A stretch of 64,000 nucleotides of DNA, from contig OZ024754.1 in assembly GCA_964016885.1 (NCBI GenBank), forward strand, positions 18,724,001 through 18,788,000. Direction: 5' to 3'. This DNA comes from Eledone cirrhosa. Taxonomy: Eukaryota. This document shows, in pieces, positions 14,746 to 26,555 of the stretch; position 1 is the first letter of the stretch, and each line of letters opens with the position of its first letter. Made by a program: the position numbers and the translations under genes. The notes beneath the pieces were generated by a model. That model saw nothing but the letters and a program-made list of their open reading frames with translations. It had not been told where the DNA came from and made no database searches.

Positions 14746-14927
14746 TGGCAGTACTCGACAGAGCTAGGACCCTTCACCTTCTGAATTCAAATCCCACCAG
14801 AGTGTAGCTTTGCCTTTCATCCTTACGAGGTCGTTAAAATAAAGTACCAGTAATTTACTGGAGTAGATTTAATCGACTTTCCCCTTCCACAAAATTGTTG
14901 GCCGTGTGCCTAAATCAGAAAGCAATA
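14746..14927 (+). mobile_element. SINE with Nin/Deu-type core
   Basis: gaattcaaatccc (B box) followed by ctttgcctttcatccttacgaggtcgttaaaataaagtaccag. Confidence 0.75.
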
Positions 14928-15002
14928 TAATATTCAAGACTGTAAGTTGTCAGAAATACAGGTTGGGCGATAATTAGCTTACTGATTGCAAATATATAGA
15001 AT

Positions 15003-15155
15003 AATGGTTTCTGATTTAGGCACAAGTCCTGCAATTTGAAGGGGAGGGGAAAGTTGATTAAATTTACCTTAGTGCATTACTGGTACTTTAGTTTTTCGAC
15101 CCCGTAAGGATAAAAGGCAAAGTCAAGCTCGGCGGGATTTGAACTCAGAACGTAA
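15003..15155 (-). mobile_element. SINE with Nin/Deu-type core, inverted relative to the previous copy
   Basis: ctggtacttt..tcgaccccgtaaggataaaaggcaaagtcaagctcggcgggatttgaactcaga. Confidence 0.75.
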
Positions 15156-15639
15156 AATCATCAAACCTTCAACCATAAAACCTTCCAGTTAACCATCCAG
15201 CCAACCAACCAACCATCCAACCAACCAACTGACCATCCAGCTAAACGTCCATCAAGCCACCAGCCTTTGTCATTACCTTCACCACCACCACCACCACCAC
15301 CACCACCATTGGATGTTATTGAAGCAACACGATATTTAAGTTAGACATTGTTCGCGCTGCAATGATTGAAGAGAGAGAGAGAGATTAGTTCGAACTTGAT
15401 TGTTTTCTTCTTTTGTTTATCTTCTTCTTCTCCCCCTCCTCCTACTACTATTACTACTACTCTAGTGGACATATTATAGTGAAAATTTGCTGTATGACAG
15501 TAAGGACTGTAATGAACAGACAGATAGAATGAACAGACATATGCTTATAGAGAGGTGGGGGATTATAGAAATAATAGAACTGACTGGTGAAACGATAGAG
15601 AACAATATAATACTTTATATATATATGTATGAATCACTA

Positions 15640-16150
15640 CCTCCCTACGAACAACTGACGCTGTACACCAGGTCCGAACATGGAAGAGCCGAACTCTCAC
15701 TGTCATCGCCTCCAACTTTCTCGCTCTCCCCATCTCTCTGTATTATGAGCAAATGGGGTCCCACGTGCTGGCCGCCCCACGGCCCCGGCGGACAGAATGG
15801 AGAAGGCATTTCCCCGGAGCATGGTAAGGGAGATGCGCTGGAAGAACCATTCCATCTAAAGAGGCTCACACATGCCGCTAGCCAGCCCAGCGCCTATGGC
15901 AGTAAGTAGAGAGGTAGCCCAATGGCGAAGGACACTTGAAGTCTCCACTGCTAGGAGCACAAACGCAAACCTGTCGGAAAGCGACCGATACTTGGAGAGT
16001 TTGCCCTCCTCAGCCCGAAGTACAGCAGAACCTGGGTTAGTCGCAGACTGCACCAGGGTGCGGCTGGAGAGAGTGTCGCTGCAAGTGGCATCCCAGACGA
16101 AGGGTTTGCCACCGCGGAACGGGAAGATGGTCATACCGCCTGGCCTGTAA
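15640..16150 (-). pseudogene. Restriction-like endonuclease (REL) domain of a CRE-like non-LTR retrotransposon, 3' fragment
   Basis: RPGGMTIFPFRGGKPFVWDATCSDT..AEEGKLSKY..F..LAVETS matches the RPDG..WD.T..K..KY..ET pattern. Confidence 0.8.
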
Positions 16151-16474
16151 TATTTAATGTAATGTAGTCATATTGTTGTTTTGTATTTTTCAATAAGGTT
16201 TTACTAACGTGGTTTCATGTGGTACAGAATGTTAAAAGTTAAAAATATAAACATAAACACGTATATCTGCCAGTAATCTATATCAATACATCGATATACC
16301 TCTAATATAGATTATCTTTACTCAACTGTAACTTATTTCTTTATTCTTATTAATATTCTACATTCAATGGAACCACAACAAACTAAGATCCACGGTATGC
16401 TTTTCTAAATTTCCTAAGCAATAAAATATCTTTTGCAGTTACATAGAAAAACAAATTTCGTCAATTCAACAGTT

Positions 16475-16639
16475 CTTGAAGATAAGCAGTTCAAAATGTG
16501 TTATTATGGCAAGAGTGCTTAGTTGATCTATGATGGAGGCAAATGGTAGTCTGGGGTTTGATGACTACCATTTGCCTCCATCATGGATCAACTAAGCACT
16601 CTTGCCATAATAACACATTTTGAACTGCTTATCTTCAAG
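16475..16639. repeat. Near-perfect hairpin with about 77-bp arms and an 11-nt loop
   Basis: cttgaagataagcagttc..ggcaaatggtagtc / gactaccatttgcc..gaactgcttatcttcaag. Confidence 0.9.
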
Positions 16640-17048
16640 GATTATGCTTGTAAATAATATTATTTTTTATTTCCCATTACCCTATTATGCTCCACATTAC
16701 CCCCGCCTTTTTTTTCTTTATTCTTTTCACTTCAAAAACCTTGTTTGTAAATAACACTATTCTTTCTTCCCCATTTCCTTAACACGTTCAACATCACCAT
16801 TTTACACCAATACATATTCCCCCCTTTTGATAATGCATAAAATGCTGAAACCGGTAATAGACAATTATTAAATATATAAATAAATAAATAAATGCCATTG
16901 CTAATTAATAAATAAATTAACTAATACCTCCACACTTCACACAAAGTAAAATATTTTGTTTTAAACATTTTCTATCCCAGAAAAAAGAGAAAAAATAAAA
17001 AGGAAAAAAAAGAATTTTTCTTCCTAATAATCGTCTTTTTCTCCCTAT

Positions 17049-17162
<114 letters not shown>

Positions 17163-17195
17163 AAGAAATTAAAAGATGGTTAAAAAAGTTCCATG

Positions 17196-17266
17196 TATTT
17201 TATTATGCGCATTTCAAAAACAAATATCATCCTGAGACGATATTTGCGTTCTCATCAGATAAAATA
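17196..17266 (-). ncRNA. Type I hammerhead ribozyme
   Basis: Reverse complement: tattttat-CTGATGA-gaacgcaaatatcgtc..gatgatatttgttttt-GAAA-tgcgca-TA-ataaaata. Confidence 0.85.
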
Positions 17267-17498
17267 GAGAGACATGATATGAAGCTTAAAAAAAACACTT
17301 GTGAGCAAAGTAGTGTCTAATCAACATACGAAAAATAAATTTTAAAGGATATAAGAGATTGGAAAAGTGGGAAGGAAGGGGAAAAAAGGAAGGAAGAGGA
17401 AGAAAGGAAAAAAGGAAAAAAGAAGCAAAGGATAACGGAGGAAGAGTATAAGAAGGAGGAAGGAGAAGTGTTTTTTTAAGCTTCATATCATGTCTCCC

Positions 17499-17569
17499 TA
17501 TTTTATCTGATGAGAACGCAAATATCATCCCAGGTTGATATTTGTTTTCGAAATGCGCATAATAAAATA
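17499..17569 (+). ncRNA. Type I hammerhead ribozyme
   Basis: tattttat-CTGATGA-gaacgcaaatatca..tgatatttgttttc-GAAA-tgcgca-TA-ataaaata. Confidence 0.88.
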
Positions 17570-17689
17570 CATGGAACTTTTTTAACCGTCTTTTAATTTC
17601 TTCTTATTTATACTACAGTCCAATAAACTGTTGAGTGCTACTTAGCTGATATTTGCATTGCTTTATTGGTCTACAATAAAACTCACCTC

Positions 17690-17772
<83 letters not shown>

Positions 17773-17777
<5 letters not shown>

Positions 17778-18689
17778 CACTACGATGATAAAAAGGTAGG
17801 GAGCCAATGTATCTCCCTGGAGCACTCCAGCCATGTATGCGCCTTGCACTGGAGAAACACCAGGACTCTGGCTTTACTGTAGCACCGGCTCAGACCAGGA
17901 GAGTTAGGGCGAAAAAGGTATCGGATGCTGAATTTGCCGACGACATAGTTTTGGTGACAAATACAGTGAAGGAGGCAGAGGATTTGATGCGGGAGGTTGA
18001 GACTGTGTCGATGAGTGTGGGGCTGAGAATGAATGAGACTAAAACAAAATATCTGGTAGAGAATGTTGAGAAGCCAGAGGGGATCATTCATGTAGGCGGG
18101 AAGCCGCTAGAATTGGTTGAGGGCTTCCTGTATTTGGGAGCAAAGATTGGGAATACGGAAGATGATGTGGTTGAGAGGAAGCGCAAGGCCTGGGCGGCGT
18201 GCCACAGCTTGAGATCGGTGTGGAAGTCGGACCTTCGTAGAGACCTGAAAATCCGCCTCTTCATTGCTGTAGTGGAGTCTGTGCTGCTGTATGGGTCTGA
18301 GACTTGGACACTGACCAAGAAACTCACTCAGATGGTGGATGGGTGCTACATGAGAATGCTGAGGATGGCTCCTAACATTAATCAGTATACACTGAGGATG
18401 GAAAACTCAGCTGTATGGGAGCATGCCAAAAGTCAGCTCAAAAGTGACACAGAGGAGACTGAGGTTAGCTGGACATGCTCACCGACATCCAGAGTTGACA
18501 TTGCACTCAGTGCTCCTTTGGGAGCCCCTACATGGACACACTAGAAGAGGAAGACCAAAGTTAACATATGTTGATGCCCTAAGGACAGACACTGGTCTGT
18601 TGGAGACGCAGGACATGGCAGCGATAATGAGGGACAGAGACCGCTGGAGAGAACTCGTCCATGGATCTCGGGAATTTTACCCGCCTTAG
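17773..18689 (+). mobile_element. 5'-truncated RTE-clade LINE (RT C-terminus) with 5' inversion
   Basis: EFADDIVL, FLYLGA, ESVLLYGSETWTLT and RRLRLAGH..RRGRPKLTY motifs; GVLQGDTLAPYLFIIVVDY lies on the minus strand at 17773-17833; flanked by (TA)n. Confidence 0.92.
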
Positions 18690-18699
18690 ATATATATAT

Positions 18700-19438
18700 A
18701 TATATAAAAGAAATAGGATTTCGCTTCAAGCATAGCTTTATACAATATGTATAAATATTTCGTATCTCCAAAGAAATACGGTTTTAGGAAGCCGTAGCTA
18801 TGCAAACACCGAGGGACTGACGCCCTCTGGTGATGTCCAGCAGAAGCAAGGGGGACAATCGTCTATGCATTTCAGGCTTTAATCACCTCATTTACACAGT
18901 CGAGAAAACTATATATTCTCGACTGTTTTCAAGTCCGGCAGTCGCAAGCGGTGGGAGGGACTGTCATGCTGAAGGCCAGTCAAGCCTGAAATACATAGAC
19001 GGTTGTGCCCCTTGCTTCTGTAGGACACCACCAGAGGGCGTTAGCCCCAATGCTTGCATAGCTACGGCTTTCTAAAACCGTATTTCTTTGGAGATACGAA
19101 ATATTTATACATATTGTATAAAGATATGCTTGAAGCGAAATACTATTTCTTTTCTATTATAAGTTGAGCCAACTTATGCAACTTCATGTGCAAATGAGAT
19201 TAATCACCTCATTTACACAGACGAGAAAACTATATATTCTCGCCTGTCTTCTAGTCCAGCAGTCGCAAGCGGTGGGAGGGACCGTCCTGACGATGGCCAG
19301 TTAAGCCTGAAATGCATAGACGGTTGTCCCCCTTGCTTCTGCTGGACATCACCAGAAGGCGTTAGCCCCCTGGTGTTTGCATAGTTACGGCTTCCTAAAA
19401 CCGTATTTCTTTGGAGATACGAAATATTTATACATAAT
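18700..19438. mobile_element. pLTR-like repeat in inverted plus tandem arrangement
   Basis: 18700-18880 is inverted relative to 18985-19155; 18880-19112 is directly repeated at 19200-19436; TA-bounded. Confidence 0.75.
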
Positions 19439-19499
19439 ATATATATATATATGAGAAGAATGGAGTGCTGAGTGGTTGCACATGGGTTACACATGAATA

Positions 19500-19765
19500 A
19501 AATTAGTCCTTCATCAGTGATTTTCCAACCTTCATTGGTATTTCATCGCTTTAAAAATCATATACCTCTAGTTGGTGCGAGCAATAGTTAAATAAAGCTA
19601 TTGGGACAAGTAATATAGCATGAAGCGAGCGAGACGTCTCGCTCGCTTCATGCTATATTACTTGTCCCAATAGCTTTATTTAACTATTGCTCGCACCAAC
19701 TAGAGGTATATGATTTTTAAAGCGATAAAATACCAATGAAGGTTGGAAAATCGCTGATGAAGGAC

Positions 19766-19770
<5 letters not shown>
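19500..19770. repeat. Near-perfect palindrome of about 270 bp centred near 19635
   Basis: aattagtccttcatcag..gcgagcgagac|gtctcgctcgc..ctgatgaaggactaatt. Confidence 0.92.
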
Positions 19771-19856
<86 letters not shown>

Positions 19857-20025
19857 ATAATAATTTTGAAGACTAAAATCCAAAGAGGACTCGATAAGGA
19901 TAAATATATATCAAATATATAAGAACCGTAGAGCAAATATTTATTAAAATAACAGATTAAAGTTTAAGCAAAGAATCGCTGTTAAGGGTGAAAGCAGCGA
20001 TTCTTTGCTTAAACTTAATCTGTTA

Positions 20026-20096
<71 letters not shown>

Positions 20097-20283
20097 GAGG
20101 TAAATATCTCTCTGAGTACTAAGTACCCACAGAGATGAAATTTACTTTCCGTTAGAAATTCTCTGAATTTCTAATCTTTTGTAAATGGAAACCGCCGGTA
20201 ATAGCATTATGAACAGGTAGATATTTAAAGAATTGTTTAATTTATTTAAAGGATTGTTTAATGTTTGTTTGTTTTGCTCATCA

Positions 20284-20335
<52 letters not shown>

Positions 20336-20624
20336 AATTAGTATATCTACCAACATATGTATACAGATGCATACCCATGCTAGCAAATATATATGTTTTG
20401 TCTTAGTAACTTTGTGGTTCTATGCAAGGGGATGCAGAATAATTATATGAAAGACGTAAATAAGAAAGTTATGATGAACTGAAGAAAATGATTGCACATG
20501 CGGTGGGGGCCAGTATAAAACTAACCCTTAAGGAACATATGCTCAAATTTAATGGAAACACATATGCCCAAGAGGAGGGAGTAGCCATTGGTGCTAGCAT
20601 TGCAGGTGACATAGCTAAGCTATT

Positions 20625-21830
20625 TTGGTATGGTGGGACAATAAAGTTAAAGAACAATTAGAAGACAGCAACCTCTTAACCCTGATAATGTACTCTCGCT
20701 ACGTTGATGATATAAACATCGTAGTAAAAACACCCCCACTAGAGAACAGTCAGGAATTAGAGAAAAACACCATGGAAAGCATCCAGCAAATAGCTAACTC
20801 CATCCACCAGAGTATTAGAGTTACTATAGACTACCCAAGCAAACACCCCAATCATCGATTACCTGTACTAGACACAGAGCTCTGGTTAGAAACCATTAAT
20901 AACAAAAAACAAATCCTCCATTCCCATTATGTCAAACCCCTGACTTCCAAATATCTGATCCACCAAAACTCAGCTGTTTCGGATCACACCAAAATCAACA
21001 TACTGATTGCGGATTTAGTACGGGTGATGAGAAACGTGTCCCGCATGTGCAACCCCAAAGAACTAGAGAGACACATACAACACTTCATCCACCATATGCA
21101 GTTCTCTGGTTACAATCAGAGAGATAAAATCAGAGTATATAGAGGAGCCAGAACCAAATGGGAAAAAATGGTAAATAATGATACAAATGGGACCTGCCCC
21201 TTGTATAGGAGCAAATTTTGGAATAGAATAGAAAGAACTAAGAATTATGTTAATAGAATAAACTCATGGTATGATAGCAATAAATACCAGAGTGTAATGT
21301 TCATCAATACAACCCCTAGAGGTGAATTAGCTTACAAATTTAGAAGGGCTCTAGATAAACTTGAACTAAATATTAAGATAGTAGAAAGACCAGGTACCTC
21401 CAAAAAAACACTTATTAGTAATACTAACCCTTTTCAAAGACCTCCCTGTATAGATAAGAAATGCATAATCTGTAAACTAAGCCCCCATATTACCTGTAAA
21501 ACTAGAAACATAGTATATAGAATAAGATGTACTGAAGGACAATGTAAAGATAAGAATATAGTGTACATAGGTGAGACAGCTCGTAGTATAGGAGAACGAT
21601 TAAATGAACACTGGCGAGAGCTTCAAGATAGAAAAGATTCATCAGTACTCCACCAACATGCTAAAATAGAACATAAGGGCAAAGTAGAGAACATAGAAAT
21701 AAAAATAAAATCTACACACAGAAAAGACGCAATGTTTAGACAAATCACAGAGGCAATACACATAAATGAACTCCAACCAAAATTAAAGAGAAAACATGAA
21801 TGGAATAGCAACATTACAACTTACAATTAA
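20625..21830 (+). pseudogene. PLE reverse transcriptase/GIY-YIG ORF remnant (401 aa)
   Basis: ORF track 20625..21830 with YVDD and VY..YIG motifs. Confidence 0.92.
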
Positions 21831-22030
21831 GGACAAAATGAAAACACACGCACATAGAACAAACAACCAGCCAGTAACATGTAAATAAACAAATAAATAA
21901 ACAAATAAAAACGCACACAGACACCCGGATGTAACACATGCGCAAACTAAGCACACAACACACACAAAAACAAGATGGCGTAGGACAGAACAAAGGAGAG
22001 GCACAAAACAATGAAAAGAATCCCCAGTCA

Positions 22031-22070
22031 CTGAAGAGGTCACAGAATGTGTGAAGAAAGAAATTTGACA
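22031..22070 (+). ncRNA. Degenerate hammerhead-like motif in the PLE 3' region; counterpart at 41535-41575
   Basis: CTGAAGA-ggtcacagaatgtgtgaa-GAAA; the counterpart reads CTGATGA-tgtcacaaatgtgtgat-GAAA; stems I and III unclear. Confidence 0.45.
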
Positions 22071-22519
22071 ATATATGAACAACCGTCCGGTTGTGGAACC
22101 AATCAACCAACCGGAAATTTATAAATTCTTAAATCTATAAATTTAATTTATAATATATTGGAGTGAAAGCAACCGGTGCGTGTGTTTCTTATTAGCAATA
22201 TGACCCTCCCAAAGTATAACAATATATATATATAGAGTGACGAGAAGTGACACACAAGTTTATATATATGAGGAAAATAAGAAAAACAGTAGAAAATGTA
22301 ATGGGATTTTCTCATAGAGTAACAGCAAAACATTTATTTAAAAAAAGCAATTAAACTATGTTCTCTTATACCCTCTTATTAATATACGCCTTAATTTTAT
22401 TATACACTTTTAATCATATTTCCTGTAGCATGGATATTAATTGCATTTTTAAAATAAATATTTTGCTGTTATTCTATCAGAAAATCCCATTAGCATTTTT
22501 TACTGTTTTTCTTATTTTC

Positions 22520-22572
<53 letters not shown>

Positions 22573-22614
22573 AACAGATACACACACACATATATACTTA
22601 TATATTTTTATATA

Positions 22615-22711
<97 letters not shown>

Positions 22712-22947
22712 AGTATATGTTGGTTGTATACCAACACCTCAGTATGCAGATTGGAGCACTCCACGAGGTGCGTAGGTTGGTTTGGTTACCCCGGAGTAAT
22801 GTAAAATAAAATATAATAAATAAGTCAAATGTTTAAAATTTGGCTTCGTTTATTACTGCTATATATATTTCGGTGACAGCCACCGAAATATATATAGCAG
22901 TAATAAACGAAGCCAAATTTTAAACATTTGACTTATTTATTTTATTT

Positions 22948-23052
<105 letters not shown>

Positions 23053-23069
23053 GTATATATGTGTATGTG

Positions 23070-23123
<54 letters not shown>

Positions 23124-23143
23124 TACACATATATATATACGCT

Positions 23144-23225
<82 letters not shown>

Positions 23226-23480
23226 CAGTAATCCCCCGTTTATCGCGGGGGATACGTTCCAGAACCAACCGCCATAAATGAAAATCAGCGATATAGAGAG
23301 ACCCTAAAGACAACCGTTGTTTTCATAGTTTAAGCCTTAAAATACCTCTCCTACATGCTTTAAGTACATATAAACTCATTAAAACACACTTTTGTATTTA
23401 AACACCAAAACACAGTTAGTAACGATCGTACAACTAGTTACCATGCCATTACCAGCCACATTAGCCGTCAATCTATGATG

Positions 23481-23661
23481 GTTTAGCGAATTCGTTTATT
23501 GGTTTAATCTTCTCCGGAAGATACCGCTGGTAACCAACCAATTCAGAACGAGGCCGGCAGCGAATAAGAGAGTGAGAAACACAAGTCTCGTCTATTTATT
23601 ATGCCTACGGGAAGTAACTCTAATTAATTCTCTTTTTTATTTTACCCTAGGTGTCGCTACA
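23481..23661 (-). mobile_element. Gypsy 3' LTR (minus strand)
   Basis: Reverse complement starts TGTAGCGAC after purine-rich ggaggatagta and ends ttcgctaaac; homologous to 24960-25175. Confidence 0.75.
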
Positions 23662-23904
23662 ATACTATCCTCCAGACGAGAGGCGAATAACCCCAAGGTA
23701 ATTGTAGCGACCCCGCAAGAAATTGGGATCAAGGCAAAGGTATGAAAAAGGTACATGAAAAAACAATACAAAAAAAAAAGAAACTCTATAGTTAAAGAAA
23801 ACTTTCAACTGTTAAGAAACAAGGTAAAGAAAAGCATGTAATGCACAATACAAAAATGGCTCCATAGTGGCCAGTTCAGATAAAAACTGTTTGACAAAAT
23901 CATT

Positions 23905-24745
23905 TGGGCCAGTGGACTCTTCGACCGGAACGGGTCGTGGTCTTGTATGTAGATGAAGGTGGGGCAGAAGGAGCAGGTGTATGTACAACAGTGAAAGATG
24001 GGGGTATATGTGGCTCAGGTGTATGAGTGTCTGTGTATGCCCTTCAGTCTATCAACCGAAATTGTCTCTCTGGATCCCTTAATGCCTACAGTAAAATGTT
24101 TGTTAGTACGTGCTAACACACGGTAGGGTCCAGAGTACGGTTGTGTGAGAGGTGGTCTAACAGTGTCATCTCTGACAAAAACATGTGTCCACGAGGCAAT
24201 ATCCCTCGGGACTGCAATTTTAACAGTTTCCTGGTATCCATAGGCGGTAAGTCCTGAAAATACGAGATACATAGGAAAGGGGATCTTGAGTAGCAAGATC
24301 AACATGGACAAGCATTTGTCCAGGCAACGCTAGAGGAGCACCATACAACAATTCAGCCGGGAAGAACCCAAGGTCCTCCTTTATTGAAGACCGAATTCCT
24401 AACAACACAATAGGAAGGTACTCGTTCCAACGTAGAGAGTCTGGATAAGCTCGAAGAGCGGCCTTTAATTGGCGGTGAAAACGCTCCACCATTCCGTTTG
24501 AAGCAGGATGATAAGATGTGGTCCGAATGTGTTGAGCGCCAATAATTTTTGTTAACTCTGAGAAAAGATGTGATTCGAATTGCCTACCACGGTCTGTAGT
24601 AATTGTGGTTGACACGCCATAGCGGGCAATCCATCCTGATACCAGGGCACTCACTATCGTGTCGGCGGTAATGTCCTTTAAGGGGATGGCTTCAGGCCAT
24701 CGCGAAAAACGATCAATGCAGGTAAAAAGGTAAGAATATCCACTA
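23905..24745 (-). pseudogene. Ty3/Gypsy integrase fragment (catalytic core and GPY/F module), frameshifted
   Basis: [63 protein letters not shown]. Confidence 0.95.
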
Positions 24746-24959
24746 CTGACTGGCCATATGGAGCCTTTTTTGTATTGTGTATTCCATGCCTTTCTTTACC
24801 TTGTTTCTTAACAGTTGAAAGTTTTCTTTAACTATAGAGTTTCTTTTTTTGTATTGTTTTTTTCATGTACCTTTTTCATACCTTTGCCTTGATCCCAATT
24901 TCTTGCGGGGTCGCTACAATTACCTTGGGGTTATTCGCCTCTCGTCTGGAGGATAGTAT

Positions 24960-25175
24960 TGTAGCGACACCTAGGGTAAAATAAAAAAGAGAATTAATTA
25001 GAGTTACTTCCCGTAGACATAATAAATAGACGAGACTTGTGTTTCTCACTCTCTTATTCGCTGCTGGCCTCGTTCTAACGAGCAGCTCTCTATATCGTCT
25101 TTCTTATTGAATTAGTGGTTGGTTACCAGCGGTATCTTTCGGAGAAGATTAAACCAATAAACGAATTCGCTAAAC
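24960..25175 (+). mobile_element. Gypsy LTR preceded by 3' UTR/PPT (about 24750-24959) and followed by PBS
   Basis: Inverted duplicate of 23481-23875; followed directly by TGGTGACCCCGAC. Confidence 0.8.
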
Positions 25176-25243
25176 TGGTGACCCCGACGTAATGTGAACA
25201 CGTAGCCTTCTGATCTGTAGTCAGAAGCGCTACCGTTGCGCCA
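25176..25243 (-). tRNA. Reverse-transcribed tRNA-Trp copy (positions about 8-76 including CCA) fused to the LTR end; pseudogene
   Basis: Reverse complement TGGCGCAACGGTAGCGCtTCTGACTaCAGATCAGAAGGCTaCGTGTTCAcATtACGTCGGGGTCACCA matches metazoan tRNA-Trp(CCA) as recalled. Confidence 0.88.
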
Positions 25244-25737
25244 GAGCCAGTGGACTCTTCGACCGGTTAATTCGCTACAATGGGTTTATAGTAGATTAGA
25301 GAAAATCGCAATCAGTAAAACAGTAATGGAATGAAAAATAAAAGCATTTTTTTGATAGTTAAAGCCTTAAGATGCCCCCTCCTTACGCTATACACTTCAA
25401 TCACATCGAAACTTATTTAATAACTTTAAATTTTAAACACTTTTTATTCAGATGTACGTACCGCGATAAGAAAATAGATATGTTCGAACAAAAAATCCGC
25501 GATGTAGCGGGGATTACCGTGATAAGGAATTAGATACGTTCCAAAGAAAAATCCGCGATGTAGCGGGACCGCGAAAAGTGAGCCGCGATATAGCGGGGGA
25601 TTACTGTATATATATATTAGATAGTGAAATAGTGCCTCCGTGTATTTTTGACTAAATAAATTAGCCTAATATTTGGAGTTATAAAAACCCATGTATTCAT
25701 ACACTATGATTATATAGCTTCAAATTGAATGGAAATT

Positions 25738-25950
25738 TGTGTGAGTGGAGTATTGGTGTCATAGTAACACAATAGCCGTAGTAGCCAGAGTGTGAGTGGA
25801 GTATTGGTGTAATGGTAACACAATAGCCGTAGTAGCCAGAGTGTGAGTGGAGTATTGATGTAATGGTAACACAATAGCCGTAGTAGCCAGAGTATGAGTG
25901 GAGTATTGGTGTCATGGTAACACAATAGCCGTAGTAACCAGAGTGTGAGT
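25738..25950. repeat. Minisatellite, about 4 x 51 bp, enclosed by inverted repeats (about 25622-25700 and 25995-26049)
   Basis: Unit gtgtgagtggagtattggtgtcatggtaacacaatagccgtagtagccaga. Confidence 0.9.
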
Positions 25951-26389
25951 TCATGTCCCAACTACGTTAATACTCATTTAGTTTTCTATTTCTGTGGGAT
26001 TTTATAACTAATTTATTTAATCAAAAATATAACGGAGGCACTATTTCACATTGTAATTTCAAATTCTCCGTAAACAAAAGCTAAAAGCTTTGTATCTTAT
26101 ATATATATATATTTATATATATATAAGCACATGTGATTTAGTGTGAAGTGTGTAGTGTAGTTCCAGGACACGTATGAAACATCACGGAATAGTCCTCCTC
26201 CGGTTTCGACGAAAAGTATTAAGGTTGTTCGGCTAGCGGAACAGCGTATTCGTGAAATTTATGTGGAACTATATTTTCTGAGTATTCCACAGACAGGTGT
26301 ACAATTTATGAAGTTCACAGAGAGAGTCAGCGTGACACAGACATGTGCATCTTTGATGTAGTTCACAAGGAGAATCAGCGTGACATGAC

Positions 26390-26555
26390 ACTATGAGGCA
26401 GATACCATGATCCAGTATTTGATTCTCTATGAGGCAGATACTATGATCGAGTGTTTGATTCTCTATGAGGCAGATATCACGATCCAGCGTTTGATCCAGT
26501 GTTTGATTCTCTATGAGGCAGTTATCATGACCCAGTGTTTGATTCTCTATGAGAC
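26390..26555. repeat. Minisatellite, about 4 x 36 bp
   Basis: Unit ctctatgaggcagatactatgatccagtgtttgatt. Confidence 0.88.

Larger units (their letters stand above)
20470..22225 (+). mobile_element. Penelope-like element, 5'-truncated (RT C-half, Cys linker, GIY-YIG, 3' UTR)
   Basis: FNGNTYAQEEGVAIGASIAG (upstream frame, frameshift near 20625), then YSRYVDD, LPVLD, C..KKCIIC, NIVYRIRC..VYIGETARSIGERLNEH and EAIHI; ends at (TA)n. Confidence 0.93.
23226..25606. mobile_element. Tigger/pogo-like (Tc1/mariner superfamily) non-autonomous TIR element carrying a nested Gypsy remnant
   Basis: TA|cagtaatcccccgtttatcgcgg ... ccgcgatatagcgggggattactg|TA, with subterminal repeats (gatacgttcc, aaaatccgcgat). 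Confidence 0.88.

Noticed and set aside
25176-25250. Functional tRNA gene with ACA anticodon
   Set aside because: The acceptor 5' strand is missing, CCA is encoded, the T-arm is mutated and it is fused to an LTR; it is a cDNA copy of tRNA-Trp
25738-26555. Regular 51-bp and 36-bp repeats as a possible CRISPR array
   Set aside because: Head-to-tail units with no unique spacers, no cas genes, and a eukaryotic context
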